A stretch of DNA of 64,000 nucleotides from positions 2,227,168 to 2,291,167 of the forward strand of contig CAVYPC010000002.1 of assembly GCA_963770315.1 (NCBI GenBank), given 5' to 3'. The notes beneath the pieces are model-generated. The model searched no databases. It saw only the letters and a program-made list of their open reading frames with translations, and was not told where the DNA came from. The stretch comes from an uncultured Solirubrobacterales bacterium (GTDB lineage: Bacteria > Actinomycetota > Thermoleophilia > Solirubrobacterales > 70-9). Numbering within the stretch: position 1 is the stretch's first letter; the number at the start of each line of letters is the position of its first letter. Shown piece after piece: positions 1 through 13,424 of the stretch. A program made the translations under genes and the position numbers.

Positions 1-452
1 CCCTCACCCGCCGCCGCGGCGACCCGTTCGTCGTCTCCGACCTCGACGAGGCCGGCTGGGTCGAGCGCTTCAGCGCCCCCGACCCGTCGCTGGCCCCGGC
101 GGGCGAGGAGCTCGTCCAGGCGCAGATGCCGGTGCGACCCGGCGAGAGCACCGAGCAGGCGGCATTGCGCCTCGACCGGCTCCTCGACGTCTCGCTTCCC
201 GACTGGCGCGAGCGCGAGACCTGGCGGCGGCGGCAGACGATGGTCGCCCGCACCGGGCCGCTCGACTACCCGGGCCAGAGCTGGCGCGACCGCCCGGCGA
301 TCGACCGCGGCGACGGTGTGTTCCTCGCCGGCGACATGGCCGCTGCCCCCGGGCTCCTCTCCGAGGTCTCCTGGGCGAGCGGGGTCGAGGCCGCGCGGCT
401 GGCGCTGGTGGCGGCGAAGAGCGGTCAGCCCCAGCTGCGCCGGGTGGCCTGA
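1..452 (+). CDS. FAD/NAD(P)-dependent oxidoreductase, C-terminal part (5' end outside window)
   Basis: Frame 3 is open from the window edge. The tail DGVFLAGDMAAAPGLLSEVSWASG resembles the C-terminal FAD-binding segment of amine-oxidase/phytoene-desaturase-like flavoproteins. Confidence 0.55.
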   Translation, partial: LTRRRGDPFVVSDLDEAGWVERFSAPDPSLAPAGEELVQAQMPVRPGESTEQAALRLDRLLDVSLPDWRERETWRRRQTMVARTGPLDYPGQSWRDRPAIDRGDGVFLAGDMAAAPGLLSEVSWASGVEAARLALVAAKSGQPQLRRVA

Positions 453-453
453 C

Positions 454-1251
454 TCAACTCACCGCTTCGATCGCCCGTTCGACCTGAGCGAGGCCGGGGC
501 CGTCCTGGAGCGTGCGAGTACCGCCGGGGCCGCTGACGATCATCGCCTGGCCGGCGCGTATGCCGAGGTTCATCCCCAGGTCTTCGTAGCCTTCGAGCTT
601 CGTCGCGATCGCCCCCCCGGAGCCGCCCTGGCTGTCGAGGTATTCCTGCCATTCGGGCACGTCCAGTTCGCCGATCGAGCCGGCCAGTGAGGCCATGAAC
701 TCGTTGTCGATCCCGAATCGCTGCGCCTCGGCCTGGTTGCGGAAGAAGAGGTAGGTGTACTGCCAGCCATAGCCCTGCTGCGCCGCCGCCTCGGCGCCGA
801 AGAAGCCGAGCTCGAGCGGGTTCTCGGCGACCGAGTAGTGGCGCAGCAACAGCTTCACCGCTCCCGGCCGTACGTAGCCTTCGACCAATCCGGGAATCGT
901 GTCGAGGAAGTCGGCGCGGCAGTTCCCGCACTGAAGGTCGTTGAAGACCTGGATCGCGACCGGCGCATCGCCGGAGCCGAGCCGGTCCCCTTCCTGGGGG
1001 ATGCCGCCGAAGAGCTCCTGGGCGTCGGAGATGCCTTCGACGCTGACCACGTCGCGACCCGCCTCCCTGGTCGCTATCTGGACGACCGCATAGCCGAGCG
1101 CGGCCAGCGTCAGGCCGAGCACAAGGATCACCCAGAGCCGGCCCCGCCGGGGAATCGGAGTGGCGGCGACTTCGGACACCGCTGCATTATCGCGACCGCG
1201 AAGCTCGAACCCTTCGATCTTCCGCAAAGAGCGGCCGGATTCGGTTGACAC
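454..1251 (-). CDS. DsbA-family thiol:disulfide oxidoreductase, membrane anchored
   Basis: 265-aa ORF. N-terminal TM helix LWVILVLGLTLAALGYAVV. Thioredoxin-fold CxxC site in FNDLQCGNCRADF. Confidence 0.75.
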   Translation of the reverse strand: MSTESGRSLRKIEGFELRGRDNAAVSEVAATPIPRRGRLWVILVLGLTLAALGYAVVQIATREAGRDVVSVEGISDAQELFGGIPQEGDRLGSGDAPVAIQVFNDLQCGNCRADFLDTIPGLVEGYVRPGAVKLLLRHYSVAENPLELGFFGAEAAAQQGYGWQYTYLFFRNQAEAQRFGIDNEFMASLAGSIGELDVPEWQEYLDSQGGSGGAIATKLEGYEDLGMNLGIRAGQAMIVSGPGGTRTLQDGPGLAQVERAIEAVS

Positions 1252-1309
1252 GTCCGCCCAGCGGGGTAAGACTTGACGTACCCGATTTCAACTACCTGGG
1301 AGGTCCGCC

Positions 1310-1495
1310 GTGGCCAATCATCTCACCCCGTCCGAGCTTGCCGACGAGCTGCGCATGAAACGGCAGGAGGTGATCGGCAAATGCGTCGAGATGCATGTCC
1401 CGATCTTCCACGGCCGTATCGACAAGTCGCTCTTCCAGACCTCGTTGCGGCAGACCTCTGAACAGCGGCAGCGGCAGGGCGCACCCACCGCATAG
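1310..1495 (+). CDS. small helix-turn-helix DNA-binding protein (excisionase/MerR-like pattern), putative
   Basis: 61-aa ORF with a GTG start preceded by the GGGAGG Shine-Dalgarno. LTPSELADELRMKRQEVIGKCVEMHVPIFHGRIDKSLF fits the LTxxEaA...V...vP..r.G pattern of short HTH proteins. Confidence 0.4.
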   Translation: MANHLTPSELADELRMKRQEVIGKCVEMHVPIFHGRIDKSLFQTSLRQTSEQRQRQGAPTA

Positions 1496-1527
1496 CACTG
1501 CGGTAACCGTCCACTAGACTCCCCGCG

Positions 1528-3309
1528 GTGGAGGAGCGGGGAACCAAATCGGCCACGCTCGCGGACCTGCTTCCGCGTGCCGCACGGCTTTACGGCAGCG
1601 CTCCGGCGATCCGGTTCAAAGACGGTGACGAGTGGGTCACGCGCAGCTTCCTCGAGGTCGAGGAGACGGTCCGCGAACTGGCCCTCGGCCTGGTCGACCT
1701 GGGCGTCGGCAAGGGCGACAAGGTCTCGATTCTCGCCAACACCCGCCCCGAGTGGACCTACCTCGACTTCGCCGCGCTCTCGATCGGTGCCACGGTGGTC
1801 CCGATCTACCAGACCAACTCGCCGGAGGAGTGCCAGTACGTGCTGGAGAACTCCGATGCCAAGGTCGTCGTGGTCGAGGACGACGAGCAGCTGGAGAAGA
1901 TCCGCACGGTGCGCGACCAGCTGCCGCTGCTCGAGCAGGTCGTGCGGATGACCGGTGCCAGCGATGACGCGATCTCGATCGATGACCTCGCCTCGCGCGG
2001 CGGCCAGGATGCCGAGGAGTGGGAGCGGCACTGGCAGGCGGTAACTCAGGAGGACATCTGCACCTTCATCTACACGTCGGGAACCACCGGCCCGCCCAAG
2101 GGCTGCGTGATCTCCCACGGCAACTACCGGGCGATGCTCGACATGGTCAACGAGACCAGCGTGATCGAAGGCGAAGACGTCACCTACCTCTACCTCCCCC
2201 TCGCCCACTCTTTCGCCCTGCTGATCCAGCTCGGCAGCTTCGACCTCGGCGCGACGCTCGCCTACTGGGAGCGCGACCCGCTGAAGATCATGCCCAACCT
2301 GGCCGAGCTGAAACCGACCTACTTCCCCTCGGTGCCGCGGATCTTCGAGAAGATTTACACCCTCGCGACCAGCAGCATGGAAAAAGAGGGCGGGCTCAAA
2401 AAGGCGATTTTCGACTGGTCGATCCGGGTCGGGGGCAAGATGCGCGAGGTCGAGCGGTCCGGCCGCAGCCCGGGCTTCCTGCTGCGCAAGCGCTACGAAT
2501 TCGCCGACAAGCAGGTTCTCTCGAAAATTCGCGGCCTGTTCGGCGGCAAGCTGCGACTCGCAGTCTCCGGCGCCGCTCCGATCAGCCCCGAGATCCTGCG
2601 CTTCTTCGACGCCGCGGGCGTGCTCGTGCTCGAGGGCTGGGGGATGACCGAGACCTCGACCGCGGCGACGATCTCCTCGCCCGATGCCTTCAAGATCGGC
2701 ACGATCGGCAAACCCTTCCCGGGCTGCGAGATCAAGATCGCCGAGGACGGCGAGATCCTGGTCAAGGGCCCCAACGTCTTCCAGGGCTACTACAAGAACG
2801 AGGAGGCGACCCGCGAGACGATCGTCAACGGCTGGCTCCATACCGGCGATCTCGGCACGATCGACGCGGAGGGCTTCATCACGATCACCGGGCGCAAAAA
2901 GGACATCATCATCACCGCCGGCGGCAAGAACATCACCCCGGCCAACCTCGAGAACGAAATCAAGCAGCACCCGCTCGTCTCGCAGTGCGTCGTGGTCGGC
3001 GACCGCCGGCCTTACCTCGTTGCGCTGGTCACCCTCGACCCCGAAGAAGCGGCTGCCTACGCGAAGGAGCACGGGCTGCCGGAGGATCCCGCGCAGCTTG
3101 CCTCCAACGGCGCGGTGCGCGAGGCGATCGAGGCCCACCTGGCCAAGGTCAACGAGAAATTCGCCCGGGTCGAGCAGGTCAAGAAGATCGCGATCCTCCC
3201 CCACGACCTTTCGCAGGAGAACGGCGAGCTGACGCCGACGCTCAAGGTCAAGCGGGCGGTCGTCGCGCAGAAGCACGAACCGGAGATCGAGAAGCTCTAC
3301 GCGAGCTAA
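1528..3309 (+). CDS. long-chain fatty-acid--CoA ligase (AMP-dependent synthetase)
   Basis: 593 aa. AMP-binding motif YTSGTTGPPKG, plus GWLHTGDLG and a C-terminal TPTLKVKR motif. Confidence 0.88.
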   Translation: MEERGTKSATLADLLPRAARLYGSAPAIRFKDGDEWVTRSFLEVEETVRELALGLVDLGVGKGDKVSILANTRPEWTYLDFAALSIGATVVPIYQTNSPEECQYVLENSDAKVVVVEDDEQLEKIRTVRDQLPLLEQVVRMTGASDDAISIDDLASRGGQDAEEWERHWQAVTQEDICTFIYTSGTTGPPKGCVISHGNYRAMLDMVNETSVIEGEDVTYLYLPLAHSFALLIQLGSFDLGATLAYWERDPLKIMPNLAELKPTYFPSVPRIFEKIYTLATSSMEKEGGLKKAIFDWSIRVGGKMREVERSGRSPGFLLRKRYEFADKQVLSKIRGLFGGKLRLAVSGAAPISPEILRFFDAAGVLVLEGWGMTETSTAATISSPDAFKIGTIGKPFPGCEIKIAEDGEILVKGPNVFQGYYKNEEATRETIVNGWLHTGDLGTIDAEGFITITGRKKDIIITAGGKNITPANLENEIKQHPLVSQCVVVGDRRPYLVALVTLDPEEAAAYAKEHGLPEDPAQLASNGAVREAIEAHLAKVNEKFARVEQVKKIAILPHDLSQENGELTPTLKVKRAVVAQKHEPEIEKLYAS

Positions 3310-4559
3310 GAGGCTTCGCCGGGGAGCAGCGCAGCGGTGGTCTGCTCGAGCACCCGGCGCCAGGCCGAGGCCTGCTCGGGCTCCTCTTCGGAGGCGCGCT
3401 CGACCGCACGGCGCACCCGGCGCTCGGAAATCTCGAGCCCGTGGCGCTCGGCGATCTCCTTGTAGCGATCGTAGTCCTGGGCGAGGGTCGCGGTGACCGA
3501 CTCGAAGCCGTGGCGGGCGATCTGCAGCCGCCGCGAATAGTCCATGATCGGCGTCCCGAACATCAGCTCGTCGTTGGGCTCGGGCTCGACCAGGATGATG
3601 TCGACGCCCGGGTACTTCTCCTCCCACTGAGCCACCGCCTCGTGCAGCCGCGCGTGGGCGATCAGCCGGAAGGCCTGGTTGGCGATCGCCGGCAAGCCCA
3701 TGTCGGCGACCCGCCGCACGCGCGTCCCGAAAACGGTCGGGATGGTCTGCTCGAAGTCGTTGACGTAGGGCACGAGCGGGTTCACGACGACGATGAACTT
3801 CGCCCCCTTCTCGACCGCGATGTCGACGTTGGTGGTCGAGCGGATGCCGCCGTCGACCAGCTGGCGACCCTTCATGTCGACCGGCTTGTAGACGATCGGC
3901 AGCGCGGTCGAGCACTCGATCGCCTTCGAGATCGGCACGTCGTCCCAACCCTGCTCGCCGAAGACGAGGCGCTCGCAGGTGTCGAGGTCGGTCGCCGTCA
4001 GGTACAGCTCTTTGTCGAGCTGGCGGAAGTCGTTTATGCGGCCGGCCTCAGCCAGCGACTGCTCGACGTAGTCGGCGATTCCACGGCCCGAGTAGATGCC
4101 GGTCGGCAGCGCCTCCGCCAGCCCGACGACGACGTCCATCGCCGAGAAGTCGCCCATCTGGATCAGCCGTCGCAGCAATTCACCCGTGCGCAGCGGCAGC
4201 AGCGCGGCTTTCTGCAGAAAGCCCAGGTAGTTGAACCTCAGCACCTTGTCGAGGTCGAGGTCGTCGAGGTCCGATGGCACCCGGTCGTTGATCACCTGCA
4301 TCATTTCGTCGGGGGTGACGCCGTTGGCCAGCATCGTGGCGACGAAGGAGCCGGCGCTGGTGCCGACGTAGACGTCGAAGTTGTTGACCGTGCTGTTGAC
4401 CGCGAGCAGGTCGAGCGCGCGCAGCGCGCCGATCTCATAGACACCACCGGTGAAGCCGCCGCCACCGAGCACCAGGGCCGTCTTCGACGGGCGCTTGCGG
4501 CCTTTGCCGCGTTTGCGCCGGGTTGGGGCCTCGATGTCTACGACCTTGCCCATAAACAC
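3306..4559 (-). CDS. patatin-like phospholipase
   Basis: 417 aa. Oxyanion loop LGGGGFTGG, nucleophile elbow GTSAGS (GxSxG) and catalytic DGG in QLVDGGIRS. Confidence 0.85.
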   Translation of the reverse strand: MFMGKVVDIEAPTRRKRGKGRKRPSKTALVLGGGGFTGGVYEIGALRALDLLAVNSTVNNFDVYVGTSAGSFVATMLANGVTPDEMMQVINDRVPSDLDDLDLDKVLRFNYLGFLQKAALLPLRTGELLRRLIQMGDFSAMDVVVGLAEALPTGIYSGRGIADYVEQSLAEAGRINDFRQLDKELYLTATDLDTCERLVFGEQGWDDVPISKAIECSTALPIVYKPVDMKGRQLVDGGIRSTTNVDIAVEKGAKFIVVVNPLVPYVNDFEQTIPTVFGTRVRRVADMGLPAIANQAFRLIAHARLHEAVAQWEEKYPGVDIILVEPEPNDELMFGTPIMDYSRRLQIARHGFESVTATLAQDYDRYKEIAERHGLEISERRVRRAVERASEEEPEQASAWRRVLEQTTAALLPGEAS

Positions 4560-4591
4560 GGATTATCCCAGGTCGGGCAGGCAGGTTGGCA

Positions 4592-4712
4592 GGGGTGGGC
4601 AGGGGGTGTCCGCGCGTTGCTGGGTTTTTCGCCAGGCTAGCCCGCCGCTCTCGCTGAGTTGGTGGGGCGAAAAGGGGACGCCGCTGCCGCGTGGACACCC
4701 CCTACCCACCCC
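4592..4712 (+). repeat. palindromic intergenic element, copy 1 (about 121 nt)
   Basis: Outer arms GGGGTGGGCAGGGGGTGTCCGCGCG and CGCGTGGACACCCCCTACCCACCCC are complementary apart from 2 positions. Core GCTGGGTTTTTCGCC...CTCTCGCTGAG...GGGGCGAAAAGGGGACGCCGC is shared with copies 2-4. Confidence 0.85.
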
Positions 4713-4748
4713 AGTCAGCCGTGAACGCCGCTACCTTGCTTTGTTCTC

Positions 4749-8832
<4,084 letters not shown>

Positions 8833-8846
8833 GGAAGCCGATTCTA

Positions 8847-8966
8847 GGGACGGGACAGGGGGTGACCGAGCGTTGCTGGGTTTCGCCACGGTCGCGCCCG
8901 TCTCTCGCTGAGCCAAAGGGCAAAAAAGAGGACGCCGCCGCCGCGAGGACACCCCTCCCCCGTCCC
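8847..8966 (+). repeat. palindromic intergenic element, copy 2 (about 120 nt)
   Basis: Arms GGGACGGGACAGGGGGTG... and ...CACCCCTCCCCCGTCCC. Core GCTGGGTTTCGCC...TCTCTCGCTGAG...GGGCAAAAAAGAGGACGCCGC. Confidence 0.8.
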
Positions 8967-8984
8967 ATCAAGCGCAGCCGAGAC

Positions 8985-9028
8985 GTGTCCGAGCTTATGG
9001 GTCCATATGGCACTGAAAACTCGGACAC
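8985..9028. promoter_or_regulatory. inverted repeat in the surE/truA divergent spacer
   Basis: GTGTCCGAG (8985-8993) and CTCGGACAC (9020-9028) are 9-bp arms around a lower-GC 26-nt spacer that contains CCATATGG. Confidence 0.3.
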
Positions 9029-9064
9029 GCCCCCTGCGAGCTTGGTCGCGGGCATACTGCGCGC

Positions 9065-9799
9065 GTGGCGACGGTGCGGCTGGACATCGAATACGACGGT
9101 TCGGGCTTTCGTGGCTGGGCGGCTCAGCCGGGGCTGAGGACCGTGCAGGGGGAGCTGGAGGCTGCGCTTGCCACCGTGCTGCGCGAGCCGGTGCAGCTGA
9201 CGGTCGCGGGGCGGACCGATAGCGGGGTGCACGCACGGGGGCAGGTGGCCAGCTTCGCCACCGCCGCCGAGATCGGCGGGGACCTGGCTCGCCGGTTGAA
9301 CGGAGTCGGCCCCGACGACATCGCGATCACCGCCGCCAGCGCAGTCGAGGACGGCTTCGACGCGCGGCGCAGCGCCAAATCGCGCAGCTACCGCTATCGG
9401 GTGCTGGCGCGTTCCGCGACGAACCCCTTCGAGCGGGGCCGCGCCCTCTGGTGGCCGTACCGCTTCGACCTCGCCGCCCTGCATGCCTGCGCCGAGGCGC
9501 TCCCCGGCAACCACGACTTCACCGCCTTCACCCCGACCCAGACCGACCACGTCCGCTTCGACCGCGACATCTACCACGCCAGCTGGGAGCAAGAAGGCGA
9601 CATCCTCGGCTTCCGCATCACCGCCGACGCCTTCATGCGCAACATGGTCCGAATCCTCGTAGGCACCATGCTGGAGGTGGGAAACGGCCGCCGTTCCCTG
9701 GACAACTTCACGAAGCTGCTGACCGGCGCCCCCCGCACCGAAGCAGGCGACACCGCCCCACCCCACGGCCTCTACCTGGAATCGGTCAGCTACGCATAG
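9065..9799 (+). CDS. truA: tRNA pseudouridine(38-40) synthase
   Basis: 244 aa. Catalytic motif GRTDSGVHARGQV. N-terminus VRLDIEYDGSGFRGWA. Confidence 0.92.
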   Translation: MATVRLDIEYDGSGFRGWAAQPGLRTVQGELEAALATVLREPVQLTVAGRTDSGVHARGQVASFATAAEIGGDLARRLNGVGPDDIAITAASAVEDGFDARRSAKSRSYRYRVLARSATNPFERGRALWWPYRFDLAALHACAEALPGNHDFTAFTPTQTDHVRFDRDIYHASWEQEGDILGFRITADAFMRNMVRILVGTMLEVGNGRRSLDNFTKLLTGAPRTEAGDTAPPHGLYLESVSYA

Positions 9800-9878
9800 C
9801 CGACTTTGACCCCTCCCTGGGGTGGTCAATCTCGGACGCGCTGACCAGCTATTTGGCAGAGCTCGCCTGGCTCCGAGT

Positions 9879-9996
9879 GGAGGGACAGGGGGTAGCGCCG
9901 CGGCAGCGGCGTCCTCTTTTCGCCCCAGGGGCTCAACGAGAGAAACCGGCGCAGCTGGCGAAAACCCAGCAACGCGGCGGTGCCCCCTGTCCCTCC
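9879..9996 (-). repeat. palindromic intergenic element, copy 3 (about 118 nt, opposite orientation)
   Basis: The reverse complement carries GCTGGGTTTTCGCC...TCTCTCGTTGAG...GGGGCGAAAAGAGGACGCCGC. Arms are GGAGGGACAGGGGGTAGCGCCGCG and CGCGGCGGTGCCCCCTGTCCCTCC. It lies between the convergent truA and rplQ genes. Confidence 0.85.
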
Positions 9997-10006
9997 CAAC
10001 TACGAG

Positions 10007-10360
10007 CTAGACGAGCTCTAGATAGACCATCTCGGTGCTGTCAGAGCGCCGAGGGCCCAACTTCACGATGCGGGTATACCCGCCGGGCCGCTCCGTGTAC
10101 CGCGGCGCGACCTCCTCGAAGAGCTTGTGCACGATGAACTTGTCGTTGTGCAGGGTCGCCAGCGCCTGACGACGGGCATGCAGGTCGCCGCGCTTGGCGA
10201 GGGTGATCAGCTGCTCGACCTCGGGCTTGACCGCCTTCGCCTTCGCCTGGCTGGTCTTGATCCGCTCGTGCTCGATCAGCTGCTTGGAGAGGTTGGAGAG
10301 GAGCGACTCGCGATGCGACGCGTTGCGACTCAGTTTGTTGCGTTTCTTGCGGTGGCGCAT
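10007..10360 (-). CDS. rplQ: 50S ribosomal protein L17
   Basis: 117 aa. MRHRKKRNKLSRNASHRESLLSNL. Last gene of the alpha operon, after rpoA. Confidence 0.97.
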   Translation of the reverse strand: MRHRKKRNKLSRNASHRESLLSNLSKQLIEHERIKTSQAKAKAVKPEVEQLITLAKRGDLHARRQALATLHNDKFIVHKLFEEVAPRYTERPGGYTRIVKLGPRRSDSTEMVYLELV

Positions 10361-10391
10361 CGGGCTCCTCGGGTTCCGCTCTCGCCGTCGT

Positions 10392-11387
10392 TCAGTCCTG
10401 GCTCAGATCGAGGCCGCGGGCCTGCAGGGTCTCGATCACTTCCTCGATCGACTTCGAGCCGAAGTTCGGGATCGCGTTCAGCTCCGAGCGCGTCTTGCGA
10501 ACCAGGTCGCCGACCGTCTGCACGCCGGCCCGCTTGAGGCAGTTGTAGGAGCGCACGCCCAGCTCGAGCTCCTCGATCAGGATCTCGTCGAGGCCGTTGT
10601 TGGCGGCCGAACCGGCTCCATCGCCACCGCCGATGGCGGCAAGGGCATCGCCACCGGACAGCGGTGCGGCGATCGCCTCGCGGGCGGTCAGCTCCTCGAC
10701 CCGATCGGCGTCGGTGAAGATCGCCAGGGTCTTGATCAGGATCTCCGAGGCCTCGCGCAGAGCGGCGGCGGGCTCGATCGAGCCGTCGGTCTCGAGATCC
10801 AGGGTCAGTTTGTCGAAGTCGGTCCGCTGACCGACACGCGCGGTGGCCACCGCATAGGAAGCCCGCCGGATCGGCGAGAAGATCGAGTCGATCGGGATTA
10901 CCCCGATCGGCTGGTCGTCGGACTTGTTTTCCTCGGCCGGCGAGTAGCCGCGGCCACGGCCGATCGTCAGGTAGACCTTGAGCTTGGTTTTCTTCTCCAG
11001 CGTCGCGATCGGCGCCTCGGGGTTGAGGATCTCCACTCCCGAGGGAAGGTCGATGTCCTTCGCCCTAACCTCGCCGGGGCCGGTGGCGACCAGCGGCGCC
11101 TCGACCTCGTCGGCGTCGGTGTGCATGCGAACGACGAGATCCTTCAGGTTGAGGATGATGTCGGTGACGTCCTCTTTGACGCCCGGCACGCTGGAGAACT
11201 CATGCGCGACCCCCTCGATGCGGACGCTGGTGACGGCCGCGCCGCCCAGCGACGAGAGCAGGACGCGACGGAGGCCGTTGCCGAACGTGTAGCCAAAGCC
11301 CTTATCGAGGGGCTCGATCGTGAAGGTGCCGAGGCGGTCATCCGCCTTCTCTGCGGTTATACGAGGGACCTGAAAGTCAGTGGTCAT
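10392..11387 (-). CDS. rpoA: DNA-directed RNA polymerase subunit alpha
   Basis: 331 aa. N-terminal dimerisation domain plus alpha-CTD (VRSYNCLKRAGVQTVGDLV). Confidence 0.97.
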   Translation of the reverse strand: MTTDFQVPRITAEKADDRLGTFTIEPLDKGFGYTFGNGLRRVLLSSLGGAAVTSVRIEGVAHEFSSVPGVKEDVTDIILNLKDLVVRMHTDADEVEAPLVATGPGEVRAKDIDLPSGVEILNPEAPIATLEKKTKLKVYLTIGRGRGYSPAEENKSDDQPIGVIPIDSIFSPIRRASYAVATARVGQRTDFDKLTLDLETDGSIEPAAALREASEILIKTLAIFTDADRVEELTAREAIAAPLSGGDALAAIGGGDGAGSAANNGLDEILIEELELGVRSYNCLKRAGVQTVGDLVRKTRSELNAIPNFGSKSIEEVIETLQARGLDLSQD

Positions 11388-11426
11388 GAGTTCCTTGCTT
11401 ATGGGTGTTTCAGAAATCGATCCGGA

Positions 11427-12047
11427 CTACTTGGAGTACAGCTCGACGATCAGCTGCTCCTGCACCGGCGCCGAAATCTCCGCGCGCTCGGGGAGGCGCA
11501 GAACCTTGGCGGTAAGCGAATCGTGGTCGGCCTGCAACCAGGCCGGCACGGTCGAGACGAGCTCGGTCGCTTTGCGAATCGTGTCGGTGGCGGCCGAGCC
11601 GGACTTGATCGAGATCACGTCCTCGGGTCGCACCTGGTAGGAGGGAACGTCGACGCGCCGGCCGTTCACCATCCAGTGCCCATGGCCAACCAGCTGCCGG
11701 GCCTGGCGCCGTGAGGCGGCGAAGCCGAGGCGCACGAGGACGTTGTCGAGGCGCGACTCGAGCAAGCGCAGGAGGTTCTCGCCGGTGACGCCGTCCTGGC
11801 GCGAGGCCTTGTCGTAATAGGCGCGGAACTGGCTCTCGAGCACCTGGTAGTAGCGGCGCGTCTTCTGCTTCTCGCGCAGCTGCACCCGGTACTCGGACTG
11901 GCGCATGCGGCCGCGGCCATGATCGCCGGGCGGGTAGGAGCGGCGCTCGACCCCGCACTTGTCGGTGAAGCAGCGCTCGCCCTTGAGGAAGAGCTTCTGG
12001 CCCTCGCGACGGCACTGCTTGCACTGGGCGGAGGTATCGCGGGCCAT
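11427..12047 (-). CDS. rpsD: 30S ribosomal protein S4
   Basis: 206 aa. [19 protein letters not shown]-terminus and an S4 RNA-binding domain. Confidence 0.97.
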   Translation of the reverse strand: MARDTSAQCKQCRREGQKLFLKGERCFTDKCGVERRSYPPGDHGRGRMRQSEYRVQLREKQKTRRYYQVLESQFRAYYDKASRQDGVTGENLLRLLESRLDNVLVRLGFAASRRQARQLVGHGHWMVNGRRVDVPSYQVRPEDVISIKSGSAATDTIRKATELVSTVPAWLQADHDSLTAKVLRLPERAEISAPVQEQLIVELYSK

Positions 12048-12445
12048 CAGACGCGCCTCCGCTTCTTCGGCCGGCAGCCGTTGTGGGCCTGCGGCGAGAC
12101 GTCCTTGACCGTGGTCACGTCGAGGCCGGCGGCCTGCAGCGAGCGGATCGCCGTCTCCCGTCCGGAGCCGGCGCCCTTGGCGAACACCTCGACCTTCTCG
12201 AGGCCGTGTTCCATCCCCTTCTTGGCCGCCGCATCGGCGGTGACCTGAGCGGCGAACGGCGTCGACTTGCGCGAGCCTTTGAAGCCCGCCGATCCGGCCG
12301 ACTCCCAGGCGATCACGTTGCCCTGGGGGTCGGTCAGGGTGACGATCGTGTTGTTGAAGGAAGTTTTGATGTGGGCCTGCCCGTAGGCGATGTTCTTTTT
12401 GACGCGGCGCCGGGTGCGCCCTTTGGCGGGTTTTTTGGCTGCCAT
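12047..12445 (-). CDS. rpsK: 30S ribosomal protein S11
   Basis: 132 aa. [22 protein letters not shown]. Confidence 0.97.
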   Translation of the reverse strand: MAAKKPAKGRTRRRVKKNIAYGQAHIKTSFNNTIVTLTDPQGNVIAWESAGSAGFKGSRKSTPFAAQVTADAAAKKGMEHGLEKVEVFAKGAGSGRETAIRSLQAAGLDVTTVKDVSPQAHNGCRPKKRRRV

Positions 12446-12453
12446 CTGAGCTC

Positions 12454-12834
12454 CTACCTCGCCGGTGCCTTGCGCTTACCGGCGACGCTCATCCGGCGCG
12501 GGCCCTTGCGGCCACGCGCGTTGGTCTTGGTCCGCTGGCCCCGGACGGGAAGGCCGCGACGGTGGCGCAGCCCCCGGTAGGCGCCAATCTCCATCAACCG
12601 TTTGACGTCCTGGGATCGCTCGCGCCGCAGGTCGCCCTCGACCTCGCGGCGCTCGACCGCTTCGCGCAGTTTCACGACCTCTTCCTCGGTCAGGTCCTTG
12701 ACCGAGGTATCCGCGTCGATCTTGGTCTCCGCGAGGATTTCCTGCGCGGTGGAGCGACCGATGCCGAAGATGTAGGTGAGCCCGATCTCGACCCGCTTGT
12801 TTACCGGGATGTTGATCCCCGCGATTCGTGCCAC
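12454..12834 (-). CDS. rpsM: 30S ribosomal protein S13
   Basis: 126 aa, GTG start. [26 protein letters not shown]. Confidence 0.97.
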   Translation of the reverse strand: MARIAGINIPVNKRVEIGLTYIFGIGRSTAQEILAETKIDADTSVKDLTEEEVVKLREAVERREVEGDLRRERSQDVKRLMEIGAYRGLRHRRGLPVRGQRTKTNARGRKGPRRMSVAGKRKAPAR

Positions 12835-12837
12835 GCG

Positions 12838-12951
12838 TCAGCCCTGCCGCTGCTTGTGACGCGGGTTCTGACAGATCACCAAGACCGCGCCATTGCGGCG
12901 GATCACCTTGCACTTTTCGCACATCGGCTTTACGGAAGCTCGGACCTTCAT
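12838..12951 (-). CDS. rpmJ: 50S ribosomal protein L36
   Basis: Below the ORF-track size cutoff. My own minus-strand translation is [37 protein letters not shown] (37 aa), in the canonical position upstream of rpsM. Confidence 0.93.
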   Translation of the reverse strand: MKVRASVKPMCEKCKVIRRNGAVLVICQNPRHKQRQG

Positions 12952-13012
12952 CGCTCCGGGGTTGTCTCGACTACAGGACTCCCGCCCACCCCATGAATCG
13001 GGCCAGCGGGCA

Positions 13013-13035
13013 CGAACAAACGGCCCTCAGGGCCG
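13013..13035 (-). terminator. intrinsic-terminator-like hairpin downstream of the DUF2283-like gene
   Basis: Minus-strand RNA would read CGGCCC-UGA-GGGCCG followed by UUUGUU. It sits between the 13073 stop and the rpmJ start. Confidence 0.4.
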
Positions 13036-13072
13036 ACCGGGAAAGATAGCAGGGGACGCGCTGCGGCAGGCG

Positions 13073-13375
13073 TCAGGCAGCGACCCGAACGCCGACATCG
13101 AGCCGCACCGGACGGTCGGGGGCGGCGAGAGCAGCGTGCGCTGCTGCAATCAGTGCCTCCGTGTCCAAGTCATACCGCTCGGCCGCAACTTGAAGCGGCT
13201 TCTCGAAATCGTGCTTGTGGGTGCCGATCGCGTCGATCATCACCGGGCGATCCTCGAGGAAATGGACAACGACTGCGCCACCCTCGACCGGCACCCCATG
13301 ATCAAGTCGATCAACCGGTTTCAGCTCGATCTCGATGGCGTCAGTCCTGCTCTCGTAGTCAGCTCGCACCATCAA
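13073..13375 (-). CDS. DUF2283-like small protein (antitoxin-like), orphan
   Basis: 100 aa. VRADYESRTDAIEIELKPVDRLDHGVPVEGGAVVVHFLEDRPVMIDAIG fits the Y[DE]xxxDAlxIxL...G.ivgiEi pattern of DUF2283. It occupies the slot where infA normally lies. Confidence 0.55.
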   Translation of the reverse strand: MMVRADYESRTDAIEIELKPVDRLDHGVPVEGGAVVVHFLEDRPVMIDAIGTHKHDFEKPLQVAAERYDLDTEALIAAAHAALAAPDRPVRLDVGVRVAA

Positions 13376-13424
13376 TCCAAATGGTAGAGGAGTCAGCTCG
13401 CACCATCAATCCAAATGGTAGAGG
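13357..13424. repeat. perfect 34-bp tandem duplication (2 units)
   Basis: AGTCAGCTCGCACCATCAATCCAAATGGTAGAGG occurs at 13357-13390 and again at 13391-13424. It duplicates the stop/start junction between the toxin remnant and the DUF2283-like gene. Confidence 0.95.

Noticed and set aside
1318-4640. Very long ORFs (1318..3948 minus, 876 aa; 2019..4640 plus, 873 aa) overlapping the acyl-CoA ligase and patatin genes
   Set aside because: They are antisense or out of frame to genes with clear catalytic motifs. Their translations are Arg/Gly/Asp/Pro-rich strings with no motif. This is a typical stop-codon-poor artefact of high-GC DNA.
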